Shown in pieces: positions 22,327 to 35,329 of a DNA stretch of 49,294 bases. The notes below the pieces were generated by a model. The model was not told where the DNA came from. It saw only the letters and a list, made by a program, of their open reading frames with translations, and ran no database searches. The stretch spans positions 3,514,224 through 3,563,517 of the forward strand of contig BFEA01000025.1 in NCBI GenBank assembly GCA_003427395.1, in the 5' to 3' direction. Both the position numbers and the translations under genes were made by a program. Every line of letters starts with the position of its first letter. Within the stretch, counting starts at the first letter, position 1. The stretch is from Chara braunii. Its lineage: Eukaryota > Plantae > Charophyceae.

Positions 22327-23672
22327 ATCCAGAGGGGAAGGGTCGGGGGAGTCGGAAGGATGAGGGGGGAGAGGCGGGATGAGGAAGGTCGGGATCTAGG
22401 GAGGAAGAGTCGGGGGCGGGGATCTGGATGATGATTGGCGCGGTAGCGGGGACGGGTGGGAGGTGGGGAGATCGGGATGTCGGGGGGGTCAGGCGGAGGG
22501 ATAGCAGGGAACGGGTGAGAGAGACCGGGAGCGGGATCGGGGGAGGTGGGGTGATCGGGATGGGGGGAAAGCCGGGATGGGGAGGGTCGGGTAAGAGGTG
22601 GGAAGGTCGGGATGAGGGATGGGAGGGCTGATCGGGGGGGAGCTGGAAGGTCGGGATCCAGAGGGGAAGNNNNNNNNNNNNNNNNNNNNNNNNNNNNNNN
22701 NNNNNNNNNNNNNNAGAGAGAGAGAGAAAGAAAGAGAGAGAGAAAAAAAAAAAAAAAAAAAAAAAAATGGGAGGATGGGAGAGAGGAGGACCTACTTCTC
22801 CCGACCTACCCGCTGCCTCCCCGTTTTTTGGGGGGGGGAAGAAGAAAAAGAAAATAAAAGAAAAGGAAAAAAAATAAAAAAAATAAAATGAGAAAACGGG
22901 ATAAGATTTTATAAAAACTTGTGTTTTGTGGTGTGCGCCAATATTGTTTTGGTGGCGTAAAACAATTTTGTCGGCCTTGAATGTTTTTATGTAGGTAGCG
23001 AGGCATCTAGGCCATGCGCGTGAAGTTTTTTAGATCTTTTTATTAGGCGAAGGTTTTTTTTTAAATCATCAAAGTCGGGGTACTTTTTGCACCTTGCTCT
23101 AAGCCCAACGGGGAGGGCAGAGGAAAAGGAATGACTATTGTTGGTTTCAACAACATGCACCTGGTTGAAGTAAGGGCCGGGTGCATTGTAGTTAGAGTTA
23201 ATTTTATTTTTATTTTTATTTTGTCTTTTTCTCTTTATTTTTGTGCATTCTCATGAGGACACTTGTTCTCACAAAGTGCAACCTCCGGCAGAAAACTGCT
23301 AAAGGTAACTGTCAGGCTCCCGCTTTTACAGAGAGCCTGAAAATGGAAGGGTCACCCTCAATGTATCTGCCATAGGAAAAGAAGCCAGATACATAAAATT
23401 GAAACGGGTTATATCTCTCCAACCCCTTATCAGAAAAATAAAAGAAAAACACTTTTGAAAATGGCAAAAACTCAGCTATCTCGTGAAATTCCGAGATAGA
23501 TGAGACAAAGAAAAGAAAAATGAAAATGGGGCAGTTAAAGAAAACTGCCCCCACTAAGGCTGTGGTTGTGGTGCGGCCACAGTTGGCCCTGGATCTTTGT
23601 CAGATCAAGGACTCACTGTGAGCCTGCGATTTTGCCTGGGGGTAGGAGTGACGTCCAGTCCTCCTTAGCCAC

Positions 23673-23678
23673 TATAAA
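23673..23678 (+). promoter_or_regulatory. Candidate LTR TATA box
   Basis: TATAAA followed by ACAG..CAGCTGCC. The same context recurs in the solo LTR at 40120 (TATATAAACAG..CAGCTGCC). Confidence 0.5.
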
Positions 23679-26600
23679 ACAGGCAGTTGTCCTCAGCTGC
23701 CAGTGTGTGAAAAACACACTTGAGTGTTGTTGGCTGCTGGAGGTATTGCCTGAGGCAACGTGGGCGGAGGCTGGAGGTCTGCAGTGGATCGCGAGAGGAG
23801 GATCAGGGCAGCCATAGCCGGGGTAGGGAGCACTCTGATCCACTTCCCTCTGGTTGGTGCAGGTCCGATGGAGAGGTCCTAGGGACTCTGCGGGACCAAG
23901 GCGGCATGGCAAGAGTATTGTTTTTGCGGCAGCGACGGACGTAAGGCCCATATTAGTGGAGGTACTGGTAAACTGGACTAAGGCACCTACCGGCGGACGG
24001 ACCTTTGGCAGGCAACTTTCCCACTTTAGTTGGGAAATGCTGCTGAAAGTTTTCGACAGCAAACGGCGGATGGCAAGGCTATTGGCGGCGATACCTGAGG
24101 AACGGATCTGAAGCAGGTCATTTTCCCACCTTCGTGCAAAGGTGCTGCCAAAATTTTTCGACAGCGAGCGGCAGACGTCGACGCTTATTGGCGGCGGTAC
24201 CAGGAGGACGGACCTGCGACACTTTGTTTTCCCACTTCTGAGGGGAAACGTTGCCAAACTTTTTTGGCGTCAACGACAACCACTTTTGCGGCGTTACGCG
24301 GCCGAAATTGTAGTTCGTCGGACAGGCACTAAGTGGAGGGAGAGTGCCAGATATTTTTGTTGCGACGAGGGGTTCGCCGTCAACGTCAGTGAAGGGGAAA
24401 ATTGTTTCGTGACTATTGCGGCGGTACGGCAGACGACATTAGAAGTATCGACGATAGTCTGTGGGTTGGACCAGGCTTATCATGGTGGAACGACACACAA
24501 TGTAGTGTGTGCGTGTGTGCGTTCCCCAATGGTAGCGAGGTCATTGACATTGGCCAGTGAGATCTTTTGGCACCGGTGAGGCATGCGAGTAGGACTGGCG
24601 GTGCTGGCGGGACCGACACTCGCGAGCTTTATTTTTTTGTGAGGATTGGCAGAAGTGGTTTTGGTTGTTGTCGTCATCAGGTGCTGAAAGGAATAGTGCG
24701 GGACCACCTGGGACCAGTTGAGACTGATGTGGAACCCGTGATTTTTTTTTGGAGTGTATGCGGCTTGTCGTTTTCACACTAGGGCCCACCCCGTGTGAGA
24801 CGGACGAGTGGAGAGTGAATCGAGACAATTGGTCGATCGGGACTTACCTCGGAACTGCGGTCTTCTTTCACGACGAGTGTGTTTTACTTGGCTTTCTTGA
24901 GTGAGTTAGGTATTAGACACCACTTCACTCAAGGTCAATCGATTGACTCGGATTCCTTTTCACAACTGTGTGAACCCAGACTTTGCTTGACCCTGTTTGT
25001 TTTGAACGTTCATAATAAAAGGTTGAGTAACGTGTGTGTGGTCATGCATGTGGAAAGTGGGATCTGACGGGAGTATGGGTTGCTGAATTTTTTGGACCTG
25101 TGGTTGTTTTTGTGTGTGCAGGTAGGTAGAAGGATGCTTGCAAAGGAGATCGATTATGCGTATTTGAGAAACGAGAAAATTATTGTCTTCCTTTTACTTC
25201 TCACATGCCTACATGCCTTAAAGGGTTGGTTGTTTTGAAAAATGTCAATTTTGTGCGCATTGTAAAACGAACTCGATTCTCATAATAGATAAGGTCAAAA
25301 GGACTTAACTTTATCCTGAGGGTTACCCGTTCTGCTCTGAATAACCTTATCTACCTGTACCTGTCCAAATGATTATCATTTTTTATCTCCTCTGATTTCT
25401 TCGTCAAAGTTACCTTGAACTCAAAAGAAATGAAATAACTGAAAGTTACTAGCGGTGGACGCTTTCTCTCTTACAAGGCAGTATCCGGGGCGAGGGTTCG
25501 TTGCTTTAGGAGCCGGCTCTGTTATCGACCCAGAGTAGACTGTTTTACGGGGGGGTACTTTGCCGATTCGGTGGAGACGATCCGACTTCTGAAATCCGAG
25601 TTTTGTGCTTGCGCGAGGAAGAGGAGTACCGCAGACCACTTCCTAAAGAGGGAGACACGAAACACTTCAAACAATACACATGAATAAGAATCATCCTCAA
25701 ACAGTCTGTCATCCAAAAATTTTCGAAACGTATGGAGATGAGTGTGTGCATGTCTAATCTTAAATCGACGATAAGTTGGAATGAATGACTTTGGCAACGC
25801 ATTTCATCAAGTCAAAACTAAGGCAATCGATTACCTTGTAAGTTGCATCAATATTATTGTCAGTAGCCAACTCCTCGTTGGCGGCTGTATAATTTTTGTG
25901 GAGTTCGACCCGAGGTGGTCGAATTTTGTTTTGATCTTGTGTGTTTGGATGTATTGTATAATGGTTTGAGTTCTTTGATTTCAGATTGAATATATCTTCC
26001 TATCGACTATAGTCAATTCCTTTTGATATAACTATGTGTGGTTGTTATAACTTTCTTTTGACTAGTATCGAAAGGGACTAGGATATAGTGGGTTTCACGC
26101 TTGGTTGAGACCGTCCTAGTCGACTTGCGTACACTTCGTTCTTAGGAGATCAACGCCCTAAGGGATGAATGGCGTCCGGGTTCAATAGGCGTTTTAATCC
26201 CGCGGACCTATACTACAGCGAGCGAGCAAACGCCCTCAGTTGACCTATCTTTGCAACTACATGTATAAGCTTTCGCACGTGGGTCAGTAACTTGGTAGGG
26301 ATACGCCCTTAAGGGTGGTGACAGCACCTTGGGGAAGGCAAGTTGTGCCCCGCAAGAACCTATCCAGTCGTAGAGGACCGAGGGAAGTACAGTTGGAGCA
26401 CCCGGCTAGAGGGGCGAAGGGACGACGCCATCGTGACCGTCTCGGCAGTTCGCGGGGTTATTTTGCGTCGTCCCGAAGTTGTCTCTTATTTTCTTTTGTT
26501 AAATTCCTACGTGACATTGGCAGGAGGGCTCCTGCCTCTTCGTGAGAAAAAGGCGGGCGCCGATGCACACGACACCGTATCATAAAAACTCATATTGCTT

Positions 26601-26848
26601 GTGTGTCTTTTGTAGATGGCATATCTGTAGTGGATGTCATTTCACCAACATTTTTTTATCCTCATGATTCACAACCTTTTATTTTGGTTGGGGGAGGGGG
26701 AAAGGCAAAAAGGTCACCCATGCATATGACAGGTTCCTCAGAGGGACCTTTAATTCATCTAGAGGTGACCCTACTAGTGTTTTATTGAAATTACTGTCAG
26801 CAGTCGCTTCTTGCACCACAACAGAATGCACACAGTGGAAAACTAATG

Positions 26849-26878
26849 TTTTTTTTTTTTTTTTTTTTTNTTCTCTCT

Positions 26879-26946
<68 letters not shown>

Positions 26947-26962
26947 ATATATATATATATAT
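26849..26962. repeat. Compound microsatellite T/(CT)/(CTAT)/(AT)
   Basis: Directly visible. Confidence 0.9.
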
Positions 26963-29900
26963 TGTAAACCATAGCAGTCTATTCGAATATGATCTTCCTA
27001 TTATATGACATTTAACATGCTTTCGTCTTTGCACACAAACAGATATTGTGGCAAGTACCAGGGGTACTTCTAAGGAAACACTTGAGCTCTCTTATAACAA
27101 ACTTGCTATCCACATATTGTAAACACATCTCGCCTTCATCGTTTGAAATTGATGAAAAAAAATTGCATCGTTTCTGATTTATGGATGATGCTTTAATCGT
27201 GTTTGTACACGTGAAAGAAGAGTCGAAGACGGACGGAACATTATAGAAAAATTAATTAAATATTAGCATCACACACTTACTTCGAGTTTGAAAGAGACAC
27301 CAAATCTCGATAATAGGAATTGAGAATGTTTGGAAAATATGGTGTACATAAAGGAGTATGAACCCATCCCAAGATGTTGTCTTTGGATGAAAAATGACGC
27401 AGGAGAGGTTGGTGGGTCTGGTTTGCACGTTGTGGCATTTTAGGAGTCAAGGTTCACTATGATGTATAGGATGTCGACCAACACATATAGACACAAGGAT
27501 ATTTCAAAAACTCTTCAACGATTTTTTTTTGAATCAAAATTATTAGAATATTATTGTGATGTTGTATGTAGAGCAATCACTTCTTAAAGTAAGATAAATA
27601 ATCAAATAAAGAACAAGATGTTTTAAATAAAACAATTGTAATCATACAAGGGGGTATTGATTTGAACGAAGGTTGTACACTATTACTTTTTTTTCTTAAG
27701 TATTATATTTTTCAAGACTTCAAGGAATTTTTGAATTGTAGATATACCCTAAATCACATAATGCAATTCACCTATAGAGTAAAAAAAAAATAAAAATTAG
27801 TAAACCTAGGAGGGGGAAAGAAATCAGTATGAAGACTTCTTCAAGAAAAAAAAAAAAATCAAAACAACATATACTAGGGACCAATGCGACAGGGTAGTGC
27901 AAATTATGAAAAGTCACGACACAGAGCTAGTACGCGAATTGACCTAGAACCAATTATCATACTATATACAAATGAGCGGTAGACTATATCTGACGTCTAT
28001 AAGCGGATTGACAATAAACTCTTGATCGTATGGACAAAGTGCAAATAAGATAATGAGTTATTATGGGGTATTCATGTTGAGTAAAATCCATGGTACCTTC
28101 ATGAGGAAGGGTTACCGGTCATGTTTGAATCATGATTACAAGCAGATGTATAATGCACATCGAAATAAAGGTATTGAACATTATAAAATATAGAGATCAT
28201 AAAACGTGGCAATTACGGGCAATAACAAAATACGATTGATGATAACATTAAGCAGGGATTAGGGATGAGAGTCAGTTTGAACTTCTACCACTTGCAGAAG
28301 ATAGAACCCGATAATATGGAACACAAAAGGAGGGAAGATCCACTAATATAGAGGTGGAAGTAAATAAATAATCACTTCAAGTTGGAAATGCACGTAAGGA
28401 TACCTAAAAGGTCCAAAGCAATACATCAGAGAATAAGTCGGGGTTTTGAATACCAATAGTCGATTAAATACCGAAAGCAAATCAATTGACAAATTAACAA
28501 ATATAAGGATAGACATTAGTAGATAGAATCATAGGATCATCATAACTATAGTATACGAGCGCAATGGCAACTCGAGATGAACCAAATACGGTCAGAAAAA
28601 AAGAAACTATATGGTTGCTTCAGCGATGTGGAAAACATGTTGGCAGTATATCATCCCAAGATGCGAGGAGGAATCTGGACATACACAAGGGGAGAGCAAT
28701 TTGGTGAAGTGGGATGAACTGATGATGCGTGAATATATCGTATATGTAGATCTTGACACAGAGACAATGAGGAGAGTTTTGACATATGGGCAAAACTTTG
28801 TAATGTTAAAGACTATTTAATGCAGAAGGCGGAAAGGGTAACTCCATCTATTTATTTATTTATCTTTGATATACGCCTCACTCTTCCCAAAAGTAAGCCC
28901 AGGTAGAGCGGTGTCGGCACGAATACCCTGACAAGGGTATCCGCCCTTGTTTTTGCAAGTGACCGGAAGTACGAGTAGAGGTCTAAAGTGTGTTGCGCGA
29001 GACACGCCTAGGTCTGTTTGGTTACATAGGTAAGTTGCTTGATTAGTGTAGAGCGGGTGTGGGCGCGAGGGATTAAGGCGCGCGTGTGATTTTTCTACTT
29101 TGGATTATGCAACTGGCGTAGTTGGTCGGCCTGACTCTGGTTACTAGGAGTCAGAGGTGCCCTTGGCAGGGATAGGTGACCGTTAGTAGTCTAACGTGCG
29201 AAGTAGGGTGCGGGGTGGCCACGGCGCAAAGAGGGCAAGCCGGCGTAGGAGCCTAGCAGTAGCGTGTCTAATGGGAGGTAGGAATGAGGCATGGGGGCTG
29301 CACCGCACCTCTTCATATGGAATACCGCGCTGGCCAGTAATAGGTTTGGGCTTAACCCTATGGGTTACAGTGTCGGACTGTCGCAGCGGAGATACGGGGA
29401 TCAAGGCCAGCGGCCGGCAGCAGAGGAGCGGAGCATCACACTTTGAAGATGCCGAGGGGTTGAGGGCCCGGCGGGGCTATCCCCCTTGGTTTTGTTGTCG
29501 GCCCACCTGTGGGCCCAGCCGGCGGAACTGAGAAGGGTACGACGGTAGTGTTCATATCTTCATTTTTACTTTTATTTTTTTTCTAGTTTGAAATTCCCAT
29601 CCTGTTTTTTTTTTGGGACACGGCGCACCAGGCTGTCTGCCAGGGCTAGCGGGCGCGAGCAGTTGGTACAACCATAAATTGTTGAAACATGGACCGGGAA
29701 AAGTTCGACGAGTTCATGAGCTGGTGGGTGCTCTGACCCACGGGGTAGAGGGAATCTGACTGTCGGGAATCCTCTGCGGGCGCATCTGTCCACCAGCCGC
29801 GATCTGCAGTGAGAGGTTTGAGTGTGAGCATGCCCGTTGGGCGCGGCAAGGTGCGGGACCGGTCACACAGATTTGTCGAGGTTCCAAAGTTGCCCGTACG

Positions 29901-31576
29901 TGTGGCCATTTGTCAACAGCCTGCGTAGCAGCGGGGCCAAGGAAAGTTGTGGCCACCGCTGGAAGTGATCACAAAGGCGCTATTTATTTTCTATTATTTT
30001 TTATTTTATTATTTTGTTGGTCTCCAAGAATTGGTGAAAATTCGTTCACAAGAGTTCTCGCACTTGTGGATGGCGTCGTGTGACCAGCAAAGTGCCAACT
30101 GCCATTTCTGCAGATGGGCAGGGCCTTTGTCCCATCTGAAAAGGTACAGCAATGTGACCCCTTGGAAACCGAAAGATGATGAATTGTGTCGAGGGCACAG
30201 TCCAATAAAGAGTACCGGTGGGAGGCTGCCATAGTACTTGCAGTGCGGCAAGCTGTCCCATCAGCTGATAAACAAGGTATGAGCATAAAAGGGTCATGGG
30301 AATTGCGGTAAAAACCCGCAGCAATGATGACCTGCAAATGGTCCTTCGGACCTGGGTATAGGGCGGAGGGCTATTCAAGCCACCTAGTTGCTAGTTCCCT
30401 CTGAGGCTGGCCTCGGGCTAGCAGGAGCCAAAGTGGGGTGCAGTCTGCGACTGCCCCATCTGCCGGGCCCGATCTGCTGCGAAAGGCTTGAAACTAAGCA
30501 TGCCCAGTAAGACACAAAAAGATAGTGGGCTAAGCTTGGCCCAGCGTGCCGCGAACGTTGGGGCTGGAACATCCAGCAATATTGCTGCAAAATATTAGTC
30601 AGGCCTAGTAGTTGTTTCCCCATAAAAGAGGCAGGAGATGATGGAGCACTTTCAGTATGATGAGGTGAGACCGGGCGCATCACTCTTTGCTGTTGCCCGC
30701 CATCATGGTTGATCCTGACGGTAGTCATCTGCTTGTTCGAAGGAGTAAGCCTCGGTGAGAGGGGGAGGTGCAAAAAAGGAGATGACAGGAGGCAAGAGAG
30801 GAAGAGAAGAGTGAAGGGGGAGGTAGAATGAACCCGGGCGCTGGTCTGTGCCAGGTGCATTGAATATTGAGGCAAAGGACGATGGCGGAAGTGATGGTGG
30901 GCGTGTGGGAGTGACATACACATATCTCACTCAACTGATACCGGAAGCTAGCGAGAGGCAGCACTAACTAGAGGTTTTGGGCCAGGGCGAATCCATTAGT
31001 GAGGTTAGTTTTGTTGTTAGAGTAGTGGAAAAAGGGTTAGTAAAGAAAACGGGGTGCGCGGGTGACACGGGCGAGTAAATATGGTGGGAGGGAAAAACTT
31101 ATATCTCGTCCGTTTCTTGACGAAAACGGGCGAGTGAAGGTGCGTTTCGGAGGTTTTCGTACGCTGCGAGACGATTGGTGAACTCAGATCTGTGATTCAT
31201 AGGCTGGTCTGGCCGGTACGGATAACGAGGGCTGCGCGAGGATTATTAAAATTGTTTTGGGGAATGTATTGCCCCACTCTCTGATGGGATATTCATTCTC
31301 ATCATCGTGGTCGTCTTCTTCGTGTTCGCAGTCCGACAACGAGCAGCAAACTGCGGTGCTAGTATAAAGAGCAGCAACAACGGTGCTGGTATACTACTCG
31401 CTGCCCGTTCAAATTCGCGTTTGTCTTCTTCGTGATCGTGATAGAATCACTGACCCTCGTCATCACTGTCAACCCCATTAGTAAATTGGCGGCGTTCCTG
31501 TATAGGTGTGAGTGTGTGTGGGAGGGAGAAGGCTTGTATCTTCTTCACAGATGAGGCGCGAGCGGCAGCAGTAATA

Positions 31577-31585
31577 TGTGTGTGC

Positions 31586-31657
<72 letters not shown>
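31577..31657. repeat. (TG)n(AG)n microsatellite
   Basis: Directly visible. Confidence 0.95.
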
Positions 31658-31659
<2 letters not shown>

Positions 31660-33657
31660 ACCTCGGCGGAGAGGGCGCCAAAGCGTCGGTACGGGGTGAA
31701 CCGAAAATCGAACTACAGTGCCAAGCTGTTTACGTGGTGATCCCCCTCATCGTCGCCTGTGGTGTTCAGTATCATGGCTGAGTCTGTGATCCCGATCGGG
31801 CTTCTTTGGCCCTGGTTGTGAGATTGGGTGTATCCGGCTGGGATGTAAGCCAAGTATATAGGAAGGGGACAACTTCATAGCACAAAGGGAAGTGTATCTT
31901 CCCGTATTCTGGCAGAGAATTCAGGTCTACTTCATGACGTTTTTTATGAACGAGTTGGTGGAGCCGGTAGTTGGTTTGGGTGTCGGTCAGATTCGTCAGC
32001 AAGGCGAGAAGAGAAAGGGGGCCGAGCAGTATACTCAGGGAAGATACTAAGAGCAGCATGCACCAGGCGGCGTATCCATCAAGCGATACGCAAAGTGAGG
32101 GAGAGGACACTCGGGCATCTAGAAAGTAAATTGGACTGGAGGAAAGGAGAAGAAGAACGGGATCAACCAGGCTGTGGAACCAAACTAAGTCTGCCTGCAT
32201 TATATTGCTGCGAGGCCCACATAATCAGCTGCGTGCTTTGAGTTGGTCATTTTGTAGTTCGGTTTTGACTTGGGATGCTCAATTGTCTGCGGTTTCAAAC
32301 CAAGCTCATTATCGAATTGGTCATTCCCTGTGTAGAGATCATGGTCGTAGAGGAGTTATTCCTTTCGAGATCTGAGTAGCTGAAGATCTGCTGCTACAGT
32401 ACGGTTTGACTGGCTTATACAGGATCGGTACCAGTCACTCTGTCAAACTAGGAGATAGGAGCTCGACCTTGGAGGTGAACTGCTATTGGATTATGAGAAC
32501 AGGCGTTCGAGGTATTACAGCTGCATATCTTAGCACTGCGGAGTTTCTGGCTACCAAGAGAATGTTGTTGCTCAGGACTACTAGAATTACGGTTTGTTCG
32601 AGGCTGACGTACCCTTTGGTACGGGGCACTTTTGAAGGGACTGCAGCACCAGCTACTATGGTGATTATGTTACTACTGCTGTGATCCAGCGGGTCGTTGT
32701 CACAGCGGATAGTCTACTACCGCTGAGGCTGGGTCGCTGAACAGTTATCGCGGTTCCCACCCTGTCGCGGTGGTTTCAAGCCTATGCGTCGAGGCTTGGT
32801 GGGATGCTGCTGCTACAACGCCCGGTGAGAGGGGGGACGTCAATAACGCCAACCGAGTAGAGAGGAAGTGAAGGACTGTTACTAAATCGACTATGGAGCA
32901 CTACGGCCCCGGGGGTATAGCCAAAGTTTGGGTTGTGGGAGTGACCTGCTAGGTAAATTTGGACAGATACTGACACAAATGTTGTTGTTGGGGCTTATGT
33001 TCTGGATACTGGCTGTTGCGGTAACCTCGAAAACTGTGTTGTGTATTCGGACAGGCTGTAGTATCCCGATAGTCTTCCTTCTTGGAAGAGGTGAGGGCCG
33101 CTGTGCCTCGTGAAGCAGCGTTACACTTTCGGTAGAAGTGGTATGAGTGGGTTGTGCACTGCTAATTCTGTTTGACTATCACACACAGTTGCTATGCTCG
33201 TTGCTGTCAGGCCCTGTGCTGTGGAGCGTCGGTAGCAATCTAAACAAAGAGAAGGGGGGTATTCTGTTCGGACGAGGCGTCTCTGTGATACGTAGCTGCG
33301 GATCGGACAGAGGGAAGCGCCTGTGAACTGGCGGTTACCATCGGCAGGCTGTGGGGATTTTATTTACTGCTACAACATTTCTGCTCGAACTATTACAGCG
33401 ACTGCTGCTGCTGCGACTAAGGGGGACCAATGCTGCTGCTGATGCCTGTTGTTGGTTAATGCGAACTGCTGCATGCAGCTACGAGTTGCTGAAAATTGTT
33501 GCTGAGTGCGGGGTACGACCTGTTGCCACGCACTAGGCACAGTGGTTCATTATATATTGTTGTTATTGGGGACTGCTGCCAACCACCACTGGGCGCCGCT
33601 GCTGCTGCTACCTAGTAGCATGATGGTAGGGGGAGTTAGCGCTGCGAGTTCGGAGGT

Positions 33658-33816
33658 CATCAGGGGGGTTAAATTCGGCGGCTGACTTCATAAGTCTGAC
33701 TACGGATCTGGATCAAGCTGATACTACTTGGCCGCCATCAGGGGGGTTAAATTCGGCGGCTGACTTCAGCAGTCTGACTAAGGATCTGGATCAAGCTGAT
33801 ACTACTTGGCCGCCAT
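33658..33816. repeat. 78-bp tandem duplication
   Basis: catcaggggggttaaattcggcggctgac...ggccgc occurs twice, nearly identical. Confidence 0.92.
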
Positions 33817-34317
33817 TGCGGGGCCCTCAGGCGAACCAAGATAACAAGGCCCCCTCACGCGAGTCTGAGTGCACCCCTCTGAGAGTCTCTAAACCTTCTC
33901 TATCTGCCTTTCTTACTCCAAGTCTAATCAATTGGTTACGAGGGGAAGGCGGCAGGCAGGATTGCAACCCGTAGGAACGCAACAAGACTCTGTGGGGAGT
34001 CCTCCCACCGATTGCGGGAGCTCTGCCGGAACCTAGGCGAGGTTCTGGAAGCAGGGAACCATCAGGTAACACTTCTTTCTGTCTATATACTCCCACTACA
34101 CCCATGTTTGCATATCCCCCTATAGTTGATTGATGTATGTCTGCCTGTCCCTATAAATCTTGCTTTCTTTCAGGACATAACCAGACAAAGTAAAAAAATG
34201 CATGTATAAAGTTAAGTCTCAACTTTTTTGATTGATTGAAAGCAGATTGTGGGGTTGCATCTGGGGGAAGGGTGGGAGAAAGACAGTATTGCATAAAGTT
34301 TAACTGGGTCAACCAAA

Positions 34318-35042
34318 GGCTGGGCCAGTTCCATAAGTTTGGGACGGCCCAGTGTTATGTTTTATTTTGTATTGCCTGGAGAACCAGAGAAATCCATAAG
34401 TTTAGGTGGTCTTGTTGCTCTGACTTGTGAGGGTTGAATGTGATTGCTTCTTCAGGCGCCAGTCAAATTCATAAGTTTGGGTAGTCTTGCGGCCTTGTTT
34501 ATTTGGGGGTTTTGACAATTTCTTTGGTTTCTGAATGAGGAGGTGAGCATGTCCCATAAGTTTGGGTAACTCTACCTCTTCCTGCGTTGGTCTAAGAGAA
34601 ATAAACCAGGCTGAGGACCAAGACATGTTCCATAAGTTTGGGTGGTCTTGGTCCAACGCCTCGCACATGCTGGAACCGGAAGGCTATAACTTTGATATAC
34701 TTTACTATTATACTATCTATGAACAGGCTAGTCAGACAGGGTCCCATAAGTTTGGGTGGTCTGACTATAGCTTATCACCAACTGAAGAGAGTACTTAACT
34801 AAGAATAAACTTGTGGTACGAAGGGGCAGGCTGAGTCTTGAGCTGAAGATGATCGGCTCAGCTATATGCTACCTCAAAAGACTAAGTACAAACAATTATA
34901 TAAACCTTGGATACTTAAACAGTTTAGAGCGACTAAGATGACCTAGTCATATGCCCAAAGAAGAGAAAAGTTGTTGTGCCCTGTGTTTGTGTATACTTCC
35001 TGGCTGGACTAGACATGTTCCATAAGTTTGGGTGGTCTAGCC
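34318..35042 (+). repeat. Array of 7 stem-loops with invariant core CATAAGTTT(G/A)GG
   Basis: Cores at 34331, 34394, 34469, 34553, 34630, 34743 and 35020. At least five are enclosed by clear complementary flanks that differ between copies. Confidence 0.85.
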
Positions 35043-35329
35043 TTATGCCCTAGGTAAGCTGGGTATAAGGGATAAATCATTGAAAGACTACGAGCTATCG
35101 GTTGCTAAGGTAACTTGGGGATGGTGAGAGAGTGCATGTATGTGGTTTGGCCTGCATGTGACTGAGTGATGCCACTCCTTAGTCTGAACTTGGATTTGAT
35201 AGGTAGTTGCTGTAGTTGCTCGCCACGTGATAGAGCCATAGGAGTTAGAGTCATTTCCTGCATTTTCTGGGTTCGATTTTTTATTTAGATCCATTTCTGC
35301 AGTTCTGGGATCCTTTATTTATACTTGGT

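Larger units (their letters stand above)
16833..26574 (+). mobile_element. Non-autonomous gag-only LTR retrotransposon (TR-GAG/LARD-like, Ty3/gypsy-type), family A
   Basis: Truncated 5' LTR, PBS, decayed gag, no recognisable pol, ~2.6 kb internal region, and a complete 3' LTR. Confidence 0.8.
21140..26574 (+). repeat. 3' LTR of the family-A element (~5.4 kb, includes a gap and the adapter)
   Basis: Starts TGTCGG and ends CACGACA. Collinear with the solo LTR at 37834-43189 at both ends and at internal landmarks. Confidence 0.82.

Noticed and set aside
23613-24579. 214-aa and 145-aa ORFs in the LTR
   Set aside because: No domain motifs, and no equivalent ORFs in the homologous LTR at ~40100-41000.
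29340-29370. Telomerase RNA template (TAACCCTA)
   Set aside because: An 8-nt match is expected by chance, with no recognisable USE/TATA promoter or pseudoknot.
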